Part shown: positions 35,601 through 47,600 of the stretch, piece by piece
Position numbering within the stretch: position 1 is the stretch's first letter
Layout: the number at the start of each line of letters is the position of its first letter
Assembly: GCF_030684315.1 (NCBI RefSeq)
Contig: NC_081380.1
Coordinates: forward strand, 17,799,398 to 17,863,397
Length of the DNA: 64,000 bases
DNA from: Stegostoma tigrinum
Taxonomy: Eukaryota
Direction: 5' to 3'
The notes under the pieces: generated by a model
What the model was told of the DNA's origin: nothing
Databases searched by the model: none
Seen by the model: the letters and a program-made list of their open reading frames with translations, nothing else
Program-made: the position numbers and the translations under genes

Positions 35601-38600
35601 CCATCTTCGGTCCGCCTCCCCCTCTCTCCCTATTTATTCCAGTTCCCTCCCCCCATCCCCCTCTCTGATGAAGGGTCTAGGCCCGAAACGTCAGCTTTTG
35701 TGCTCCTGAGATGCTGCTTGGCCTGCTGTGTTCATCCAGCCTCACATTTTATTATCTTATAATATGGTGGGAGCTGCTTAAGCATTTAATATTCAATAGA
35801 CTTTGTTTCCAATCCTTACGTTGACAGGGCTGGGGAGCACATTAGAATTCTGTGAACTTCTTACATCATTAAATTTCTCCCCAGATGCTGACAGACCTGT
35901 CACATATTTCCAGCATTTGTACTGTTGTCTTCACATTTGCACCAAAATCAACTTCCTTATCCTTACAATCAAATAGTAACTAAAAATAGCTCAAAATAAT
36001 AATGAAGTTTCTCATTCATTTGATTCTTGCCAAATTTTCATCTGACATTTATGCAAAACATATGACTTAGCTCAATACATAATTTTATATTCCTACTTAA
36101 ATGCTTGACCTTGAGAATCCAGTTGCAGTTCTAATCACGCATTTCTCTGCATGTGCCAGATGGCACCATTTGGTGAAGCTGAAGGCAATTGTTCAGAGCT
36201 GAACAATCCATGAACGGAGATAATATATTTAGTAAACATGGAAAATACAGTAACAATTTATCGAGCTGTTGTAGCAGCTGTGGATAGATAAAAATCAAAT
36301 GTTTCAAGGTCACCGTTTGTAAAATGGGTGCTAAGAACACTTACCATACCAACACGGCTCATTAAATTCTTTTCCTTTCTATTTTATCAAAAGCATTGAC
36401 TAAAATATTCTTGAAGTTTCAAAGTCAAATCTCTTAGAAAACAATGTAAAGATGTCTTAAACTTGGATACTGAGATGATTCAAAATTGCCAGCTAATGAG
36501 CATCAATCTGCAAAGTTACCTTGGAGAAGACGAATCTAGTAGAGAAGATCTATTGTCAACATATGAGGCGCAACAGCCTTGTGGTACTATTGCTGGACTG
36601 CTAATCCAGAGACCCTGGTAATAGCGAGTTTTGAGAACATTTGTAGCTCAGGTTGAAGTTCTGGATGTGAGTTTGCTCGCTGAGCTGGAAGGTTCGTTTT
36701 CACCATTTCGTCACCATTCTAGGTAACATCAGTGAGCCTCCGACGAAGCGCTGGTGTTATGTCCTGCTTTCTATTTATCTGGTTAGGTTTCCTTGGGTTG
36801 GTGATAAATAGAAAGCGGGACATAACACCAGCGCTTCGTCGGAGGCTCATGTCCCGCTTTCTATTTATCACCAACCCAAGGAAACCTAACCAGATAAATA
36901 GAAAGCGGGACATAACACCAGCGCTTCGTCGGAGGCTCACTGATGATGTTACCTAGAATGGTGACGAAACGTCTGAAAACTAACCTTCCAGCTCAGCGAG
37001 CAAACGCACATCCAGAACCCTAGTAATGTTCAAATCCTGCCACACCAGATGGTGGAACTTGAATTCACCAAAACTTTGGAACTAAGAGCCAAATGATAAA
37101 CACAAATCCATTGTTGATTGTCAGGAAAACCCCACCTGGTTGACCAATGTCCTTTAAGGAAGGAAACATCTTTACATGGTCTGGTCTACATGAGACTCCA
37201 GACCAACACAACCTCTTACAACAATTGGTTAAAATTTTGTTCTGCTGGGTTAATATTTTTATTAAAAATACTAGTAACTACTCTGTTTAACAATACTCCA
37301 ATGAATAATCACATTAACTAAAATTAAAAAAAACACATTGGGCCAGATTTTATTCCAGAATTGACCTATCCAACCATACCATCAGCTGCAATCAGAACAG
37401 TAAATGCACATTCTGCCAAAACCGATCAACACCAAAAACCTATATATCTAAAAAACAAATGCAAGAAACAAACGTTCCTTACCCTGAGCTGGTATGATCG
37501 GAGTTCATAAATATTAGGTCCTGATCTAGGTACTGGCTCATTCCAGAAACTGAACTCCAAAAGTAGTTGGTTTTTTCGAGAAAGTAACATTTTACCTCTT
37601 TCCTTCCTGAATTCCATGAACTCCTGAAAAACAATGCATAAATTTCAGTTGCTGTTATTTTTCATACTTGTGAGGTAATGTAATCATAACCAAGACATTT
37701 CATCTTGTAATATATTGCGATAACTGTAGAATCCCATTTGCACCTAACTCACATTTCCAAAATCGTATCCTGCACCACTGATATACTGAAACAAATTATA
37801 CCATTAACACTGCCATAGGCCGCCTTGGGAAATAAAAAAAATTCTTATTTTCAATATTGCAGGAGGCATACATATTTTGATGAAACACGATTCTGAAAAG
37901 TTGTGATTCTATGATTGGACAACATCTATTAAATCCTGAATGTACAACAAGTTACACTGACAAATTTAAGATTGTCCATAGAGCTTGTGATGTGGTGCAC
38001 TTCCAAGCAATCAAAGCTACGTATGTTAATAGAGGGTCCTATCCTTTACGGTCAGGAAGAACATATGGGCACATTGCACCAGTCTAACTTAAAATAAGTA
38101 GCAGTCATTTTCTGGTTAATTCCTCAGGTTAATGCATTGAAAATTCAGACTGAATTTGCTTGGTTTAAAAATAGACAAAATTTGGCAACTAACTGTTAGT
38201 TATCATCTATCTGGCACATTCTCCATGGCAACACCTTTACCAGAGCCCACTTGACAACCAATCAGTATGCTCTCCTTCCGCAGTATAAATATGTTGATTC
38301 TTCTATTTCGGAATTTCTTACTATTGTCCTCATGACTGAAAGATGAAAAGCTTTGATGAAATGTGCCATCTTTCCCAGCAATTATCAAGTTTTGCCCAAC
38401 CAAATGAATATATTCAATCTTCTCCAATAATTTAACACCTACTACCAAATTTCGCAACCCACACCAGTAAAGGATTATACCATAAACTAATTTAATGAAA
38501 ATACTGACTGCGGTGTCTTTGCCTATGTGGATTATCTTTTAATGTGTCATTTGATTGAAATTAACAATTAATTTCATTAAATTGCCAGTTTCCAAAAATA

Positions 38601-41600
38601 CTGAATTATGCATATTCTGACGTTACATAATGAAGTCTAATTCTGACAGCAGTAGATCGGTTTTTCTTTCCACCTCCATACCATCACCTCTGGAAACTCA
38701 AAGATCCATCGATAGCCCCTTCCCATTTCTCACGGAGTTGCTGCTACCTTTGTGACATCAACATTAGGTTTCAATAGTACATTGGGTAACACAAAGTTCT
38801 AATCCACCATCACCACTCTTGTTGACTCAATTGTTTCTGACTTAACACATTAATTACACGACATCTACTATCGGATAAGCAGAAATCTTCTTTACAAACT
38901 TTGTCGCAAGAACCAAACTCCATTCCCCTCGTCACTGACTTTATCACTGGCTGACAAGTGTCTGAGCTGAAATCAGATGGCTCGAAACCATGGTATTGCA
39001 CTTAATCCCAAGTGACCTTCACTGAGAACACCTACTCCAGAACATCACCCAGCAGTACCTCATCTCATTTGTTGCTAAAACAGTAACTCCTGCCTATGTT
39101 GCCTTCAGATTTGGCAATTCCAAAGCTCTCTGGGTTAGCCTCCCACTTTTCATCCAACATCAAATAGAGCTCATCTAAATCTCTGCTGCCTATGCGCTAA
39201 GTGGCACCACCACAGCTCTTTGCCCTTGTGCTTGCTGAGCTACAACACCTCCCTGCCCGTCCATTCAACTTTGAAACCTTGGTCTTGATTTTAAATCTCT
39301 CTAATGCATTGCTCTTTTGCAATTACTGTAATCCGCTCCAAAACAACAGCCATATACTACTATACTACTCCAACATCTTTTATATTAATAGACTCTCCAC
39401 TTCTATGATAATGGAATGTGCAAATCACTCAGCTATGTATTATCACAAACTTAATGACTGGGTCTAGTCATTGTTATTCAAGAAAGATCATCTCTTTCAA
39501 ATTGGGAAAGTGGAATCCTTACGTTTAATCCTCATGTTCGCAAACAATGAAAACTAGGAAACTTTTCCAGAAGTGAAAAATTCTACACAGTTAAAACAAG
39601 TCACTTACATTCATGTTGGGTTGTGGTGCACAACTGTCGATTCTATGTTTTACAATCAGTTGCCCATTTCAATTCATTCAAAGAACTTATGCTAATAAAG
39701 TCCTATAACTTGACTTTTCTATTAGTTTGATCAATCTAGCTGTTAAGTGGAGGAGCTATAAATATTCAACAATTTAAAAACTTAAATTAAGCCAGAACAG
39801 TATTCTTAATTTGTTCAAATGCTTTTTTTAAAAAAAAATCAAATTTCACTGATGAGAATATCAACCAGCCTGACTGATATGATGGAAAGCTTACAGTGTA
39901 ACCATGATTATTACCATTTGCTGCCTAGACGCACGCAATGGGATCTATTACTTATTTTTCTACATCTACCTGCAAATTTCCAGGAACAGAGGTTTTCCAA
40001 GTGAGTAACACTTCTTTGAAAAATGCTGAATTGCAACAAATTAAAAAACTGTACATTTGTTCTTACAAAAAATTTGTTTCTTGAAAAGGCTGATTATTTC
40101 GGAAGTACATAACTTATTTATAACATTGCCATACAATCTTAGCTGAAAAATAAATGTTGGAATACAGTGCAATGTCCAAATAGGATTGGTTGTTTCAAAT
40201 GCATCTAAGAAATAAAAAAAATTAAATTTTGTTTTTAAACATAGCTTCCAATTTTTCCCCATTTTCCACAAAGTTGATCAATTTGAGGATGCAAAATTGC
40301 TTAAAGCCTTTGTAAATTTTGATTTCTAAGCTCAGCAAAATAGTTATTCTGTTACTTCCTCATGCTGCTAAAAAAATTGCAATTGCAGGAATTCTATTAT
40401 TTTGGATATATTTTCCATTTGGATTTTCAGTTTCTTTTAGAAGCTAGTAAAATGTATAGATATCTTAATACACATTACATAAGTGTTACTATAAACAAAA
40501 GACTATAAAAAACAAGATCTTCTATCACTTCGTCAGAACTACAACACACCCTTTTAATGGTGTTACCTTATTTTGTCTGAGCTTACTCATCACCTCGGTA
40601 AGCGTGGGGTAACCTCCACTATACTTCCAGAGGTGGACTGAAAAAGACAGAAATAGGATAACAGAAAGCAAGTCTTCTCTATTTCATCTTGTGAGTCAGT
40701 GTGTGTTGTCTCTGTGATCTGGTTTTGAGCTAATGAAAGTACGAAGTGAGCAATGATTTTTCAGTTACTTCACAAAGTGAAGTTTTAATATTTGGATAGT
40801 AGTAAAACTGACAGTTATAACTAATTACTTGCTAGCCTAGTATCATATTCCAGAATCAAATGAAACCACTGATTACCTTTCTATGTACATTATTTACAGA
40901 CATACAGATATACACAAAGTTGCTTTTGAGCACATTTATTTTTCAAGCAAAGTCAGCAGTGGATTCGCTGAATGTCATAAAATATAATTTGATAATGACA
41001 ATTTTAAGGTTAACTTGATAAATATTAGAAAAAAGAGTTCAAAATTAAAATTATAAAATGGTGTAAGCATTTAAGACATAATCACATTCGTATGACAGGG
41101 AGACATTTACTGACTACAACAGGAAATGTATTACAGTCTGCATATAACATCTATTGTTCCTAATGCAACTGAATACAAAAAAGATCTCAGCACTACGCAG
41201 ATTAAAAAATATTCTAACATTTACAAGTCAGTTATGCTTTGCTATTCTGATTATAATAATATTCATACCGGCTTGATCCTGTTCTCCATACCACGTGTTC
41301 CATGTCCCCACAAGTTCACATGGGTAGTTTTGGTCGGCATGAACTTTTGGTAGTACCTCTACACTGCAAAGAACAAATTAGTGTTTATTTCATGAGTTTT
41401 CCAACTCAAGGAATTTTCTAACTTGTTGTGCTTTATACTAATGGCTAAAATCTCTATCACACAAAGAAAATCTAAGGGTCTGTGATCAGCATTGGGATGG
41501 GTATTTGAATATTTAGAACATATATTGAAATAGATCACGTCACCAAATTACTGCATGATTTGTGTACCCATCAAATCTTCTGCTTGTAAAGGATTCATTT

Positions 41601-44600
41601 TACAAACATCTAGGATACCATCTTTAATTGTACATGTGCACAGTTATATGACTGACACAGCTCCACTTGTACAAATTTATCAAAATTATAATTAACTGCA
41701 ATTTTTAACAAAACAACAAGGGATGGGACAGGATGGGGAGGTGAAGTGTGATAGCGAGTTAGAAAGGGGGAAAAAAAATTCTTGAGCCTTACTACAGCAA
41801 AAGAAAATAATTGCTTTTAGTAAATTATTGGGCAACACCAGACAATCCAAAAGCCATAAGTAACATAAATTGCAAATAATTCTTCAGCTATTACTAGTGT
41901 TAGGACCAGGCCAAACCGTTTTAAAATAGGAGAAAGCCTAGACGCTCAATTTCATCTTATTTAGATGCGGGTTTAAAAATGCTGTGTTCCAGATGTGATT
42001 TGATTGGTCAAAAGGCTAGGCTTTAAGCAACAGGCATTTTATTCTTTCATCACAGTTAAAATACAAACAAAAATAAAGAACTTGTCATAAATGTAACTCT
42101 ATTGAAATACTTAAAAAAGTTAACTTCTACTCATCAACTGTTCTAATATAGTAGCATTCCAAAATATGCCCTTGGCAAAGGCAAATTCAGCAAAAAAAAA
42201 CTTCCCTCGCTTTCTATCTCCTCCAGGGGAAAGGCAAAACTAAGAATGAATCTAGCAGCAGAGAGAGACAACAAGACTCTTGCAGCAGCAGAGAAAGAGA
42301 GCTGTGTCTAGCAACTTCAACTGCAAAATTTCAACTTCAACAACTGAAAGCAAAGCTAAAACACTGGTTCTGTGCGAGCCTGACTCCAGCTACTCAAGCT
42401 TTTTTGTGCCTACTTTTTAAAGAAACCCAGAAGCTATTTACTGTTATCGATGTAGCAGATACCTCAACAGCAGGTTTTGCAACCCTCTCACTTCAAGAGA
42501 AACAGGCCATGACACATCCCTTCTCAAGACACATATCATCATACTAAACAGATAGAAATGAAAACAAAGTGGGGACTCATTCAACTAGTTAGCAGTAGCG
42601 AGGCAATAGTAGGTGCTGTGGTCAATAATGTCAAAGGCTGAAATTTGGTTGAGAAGGACAAGGAGGGGTTGCTTAACTATGCAACAGATGAGACTCTTTG
42701 TTCTCCATTTATTATACAATAAAATAGTTATGCCTTTGTGAAGTTTCAATGTATCTGACAAATGTGCTTTAGAACACCACCCTCCTGCTGAATTATTTTT
42801 ACCAAGACAAAGCACCACATGCATCTTATTCTCAGAAAGGTACTGTTAAGCTTAACACAGTAGTCTAAAAAGGTCAAGTTTTTCCACATTCAACAATAGC
42901 AGTAAAGTCATTAAACTATTTTCCTAAAGGGGAAATATTGTTTCTCTTTATAGCTGCAGTAACAACAAAGCAATCCAAGATCACTGCTGGAAAAAGAAAA
43001 TAAAAAAGGGACTGATTGTCATTTCAGGGGCTTTAAAAATGTTGTATTATGGAGCTGTATTATGCAATTCTCTGTACAGACTAACACGGCATCTGGTGAA
43101 ACGATTTTTTATAATGGGAGAAACATTAAGTGAATAACAGGTATACCCCAGATAAACCAAACATTAGTTTGCTTAAGCTAAAAAAAATTGAATAAGATTC
43201 TTTTTTTAAATCTTACCAAAGTTTGTTGTAATTCTCCAAGCATTCTGGCTTTACATTGTGAACTGAAAAGAAATTTTTAAAATTATACGTAGAAACAATT
43301 TGAAAATAATACATGCTTAACAGTTTTAAAAAACACTGCGAATACTTACACTGAATTTTGTACAGGCTGCTGGTTTCTTTTTTAGCTAGCAGGTTTGAAT
43401 GAGCATCTTTGCGTGGATCCACCTTTCTAACAAACAGCGATTTAAACCAGCTATCTTCCCTGTTGTTGTAAGAAGTTGCAGATAATGCCCTACACAGAAA
43501 CATGAATAATTACAATGGTTGAGCCAGTCAGGTAGCATTATGCAAGGTGATACAATCCTGGCAGCTTTTAAAGTTAGGTTTTGGTGGGAAACAACAAATC
43601 AACTTTAGCAAGGTATACTCTAAAGGAATAACAGTAAAGACACTGAGTTGGCGGCATTTAGCATATCTGATGACAATTCAGCAACATTTGTTCTTACTTC
43701 AAAGCTTCCAGCATCCACAGTATTTAGCTACAACAGACGATCAGATCAGGTTCAGAAATGCTTAAAAGGCAGCTACAGAATTGTACAGAAAGGGAAAAGG
43801 TCAGAATGAATAAAAATGGGACTGCGTAATATATATATGAAAAAGCCAGGCAAAGGAGGTTATGAATCTAGTTTATCTCACATAGAGAACAAGGCCAGAG
43901 AACTGCCAAATAATTAAACACAGGAGGAGTAACCGGAAGGCAAAGTACAGGGCAAATGGTAAGATTCTTAGCAGTGTAGATGAGCAGAGAGATCTCGGTG
44001 TCCATGTACATAGATCCTTGAAAGTTGCCACCCAGGTTGACAGGGTTGTTAAGAAGGCATACAGTGTTTTAGCTTTTATTAACAGAGGGATCGAGTTCCG
44101 GAACCAAGAGGTTATGGCGTAGCTGTACAAAACTCTGGTGCAGCCGCACTTGGAGTATTGTGTACAGTTCTGGTCACCGCATTATAAGAAGGATGTGGAA
44201 GCTTTGGAAAGGGTGCAGAGGAGGTTTACTTGGATGTTGCCTGGTATGGAGGGAAGGTCTTACGAGGAAAGGCTGAGGGACTTGAGGCTGTTTTCATTAG
44301 CGAGAAGGAGGTTGAGAGGTGACTTAATTGAAACATATAAAATAATCAGAGGGTTAGATAGGGAGAGCCATTTTCCTAGGATGGTGACGGCAAGCACGAG
44401 GGGGCATTGCTTTAAATTGAGGGGCGAAAGACATAGGACAGATGTCAGAGGTAGTTTCTTTACTCAGAGAGTAGTAAGGGAATGGAACGCTTTGCTTGCA
44501 ACGGTAGTAGATTCGCCAACTTTAGGTACATTTAAGTCGTCATTGGACAAGCATATGGACGTACATGTAATAGTGTAGGTTAGATGGGCTTGAGATCGGT

Positions 44601-47600
44601 ATGACAGGTCGGCACAACATCGAGGGCCGAAGGGCCTGTACTGTGCTGTAATGTTCTATGTTCTACATTAATAAAACTTGATGCACTTGTTCAGCTCCCC
44701 TTCACACAATTTTTATATTTAAAACTTAATCATGGAAGAATATCTCAATATGGCAAAACTTATGGCAGGGAATAGATCAATGTTTTCAAAATAAGGTTTA
44801 TTATAAATTGGTGATCACTTAAAAATGTGTAGAAAGGTCAAACGTTTTCACTTAGAACTCAAAATTCAAATGTCTAATATCAGAATGTTTAATTCACAAG
44901 GAGTTTCAATAACTATATATTTAACACCTCTAAACCGCAAAACATATCAAAGTACTTTCCAAGAGCATGTTGAAAATACTGTATTTATACAAATAAAAAA
45001 TATACAAATTTTGTATTTACAAAAATATAGTATCATGAAAGTATAGAGATCTTAAAATGCTTGCTGAAAACCTATGAAGGTCTGACTATTGCCTGGCTAA
45101 CATTCATTGTCTACATCATCTTAAATGGATTGTCTAGTTATTTATCTCATTATTGTTTGTCAGACCTTGTGTAGAAATTAGAACAATGACTACAGTTCTA
45201 AGTACTTCACAAGATGCGACCTGCTTTAGGATGTCCTGTAGTCAAGTAAACCATTGAAAAAAATGTATTTTAGTGGAAGTTACGAAAGCACATCTGAAAG
45301 AATTCAAACGAGAGGTTATGGGAGAAAGGTGCACAAAGCACCTTTATTTTGAAAATCAACCTATTCGGACATGTTAAGGCATATTTCTGTGACATGTGGG
45401 AGTTGAACACAGACCCTCTGGCTTGGATTTTAATTCATTGACGGGATGCGGGCATCAGTAGCCATGTCAGCATTCACTGCCCATATCTAATTGTCTAGAT
45501 GGCTTTTGAGAGTCAACCACTTTGCTATGGGTCTGGAGTCACATGTAGGCCAGAGCAGGTAAGAATGGCAGTTTCCTTCCCTAAAAGGACTTCAGTGAGC
45601 CTGATGGGTTTTTCTGTCATTTGATAAGGGTTTCAAGGTCATCATTTGACTTATAATTCCAGATTTTTTGTTAAACAGAATTCAAACTCTACCATCTGTC
45701 ACAGTAATAATCTAACCCAAGTCCCAAGAACTTTACCCAGGTCTGCCAGATTAATAGTCCAACAATAATTCCACGAGGCCATCACCTCTCCTGGAGATGT
45801 AGCAACATGACCATTCTGCCATAAAAGTTTGTTGCAGAGCATTTAGCAAAATTCAAACCTGTGTGGGGAGACCACAACAGATTTCAAATCCGATACCTAC
45901 ACTATTCGGCCACAATTTCAGGTGTATCAATTAAATGAATTTCACTACCGGCTATGGAGGGATTGATACCATGCCCTCAGATGGTTAAACCTTTACTAGT
46001 ACAGCAACAACACCACTATATCACCACCTTATTTACCCAAATTATTTTAATCAAACAATCATGATATATTAAAATATACCATTCCAGGTCAGGCAGGACC
46101 TTAAGTCAGATGTTCAGACACAGGTAGGTACAATAACACTGTCCCAAAACTGATCAGCAGCATGGTCCCTTTTCTATTAAAAAAATCACTCAAGAGGTGA
46201 AAATCTCTCGTAAGGTCAGCATTTACTGGTCATTCCCAAGTGTCCCAAGGAGGATGTTGGGAAATATGTTCTGCATTGTATCATAAAAGCAGCCTGACAG
46301 GGTAATCCTGTAGAATTTCAGAATTTTGACTGAACAGCGAGAAAGGTTTGAGGATGTATTTCGAAGCCAGGATAATGCGTGACTTCAAAAGGAATTTGCT
46401 GTTGGTGCTACTTCCACACTACCTTTGTCTTTCTTGTAGAAACAGCTCAGAGCTTTGGAAGGTGCTGTTGAAGAAGTCTTGATGAGTTGTTGCAATGCAT
46501 CTTGTAGATGGTACACACTGCCAAGACCATGAACTGGTCGAAGTGAGATTTTAGGGTGACGGATGAGGTGTCAACAAGTCGATCCCCTTCAAATGGTGCT
46601 GAGCATCAATGCCCAGTGTTATTCTGTGTCCTTCTTCAAAAGTGGAAGACAGGTTGATCTACTGAGGTAGAGTGGCAGAGCCACAGTATGTCTACAGAAA
46701 AAGATGGGCTAATTTTACATGCTGCTATAGTTCTTGGTAGTTGACAGTCCTATTAGAAGACCATGCCACGCATATATGGTCAAAACCTATCCACGTAAAT
46801 AGTTAAAGCAGCTGTGCACCAGAGAAGTTTTTTTTGTATTGTGGATTGGCAGGGTACCACTGGAAAACAGTCAGACATCAATCCTTCCCGAGCTTCTCTG
46901 CCTTTCGAACACAAGGCATTAATTCTTGTTGATTTTTGTGTCCTGGAGTAAATAACTTATTTTGCACTGCCCTTGAAAAATAACCTCAACTTTGTCATAT
47001 TACATTATCAATATTAAATCAGTCACAGTTTTATCAGAGAAGTTTATGATATCTAAATTCACATCAAATTTGGTACTTATTCATCTCTCAGTAGCAGTAC
47101 AACAGTGGTGATCATCTTCAATTAATGTTTGTTGAAACCCTCATCCTTTATTGCCCCTTCGTTAGCTGATATTAATGGTTCCCTCTTCAGGTGCTGCTCT
47201 TCTTTCCACAAAAACTTTGACTCCCATGCTCTGGTAAACTTTGTTTCATTGCCGATCTTCCTTTCCTCTCCAAAGTCTAGGCAGGTACTGTTGTCTCCCA
47301 AATTCAAAAACTTATCTCACAGATTTCTTAATTCTTGACAGAGTCCCAAAGTGGCAGACACAAGTATATTACTAACAGCAAATGTGAAAGGTAAACCATT
47401 CATCAGATCCTTTGCAACCTGTCTGAAGCTGTTGACATAGTTGTTTATAGTATTCTCTTCAAAGCCTCTTCACTGTCATTTAGCTGCATGAACATTATGA
47501 AATCACAGAAGGACATGGACCTGCAATCTTTTGCTGGCACCCTGATTAACAGCAACGTCAGATAACTCATCAATTAAGCCATGCAACTGCTTGCGCTTGT

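Larger units (their letters stand above)
36578..37210 (+). mobile_element. DeuSINE-type (SacSINE1-like) SINE interrupted by the PLE mini-palindrome
   Basis: Deu-domain-like ggaaaaccccacctggttgaccaatgtcctttaaggaaggaaac...ggtctggtctacatgagactccagacc. Confidence 0.65.

Noticed and set aside
36719-36956. Two 73-74 aa self-similar ORFs on opposite strands; repeat-spacer look reminiscent of CRISPR
   Set aside because: Explained by the nested palindrome. Repeats are inverted, there are no unique spacers or cas genes, and the DNA is vertebrate.
41898-42540. Possible solo LTR (similar impression at about 17900-18440)
   Set aside because: Only compositional resemblance; no TSD or second copy could be confirmed by eye.
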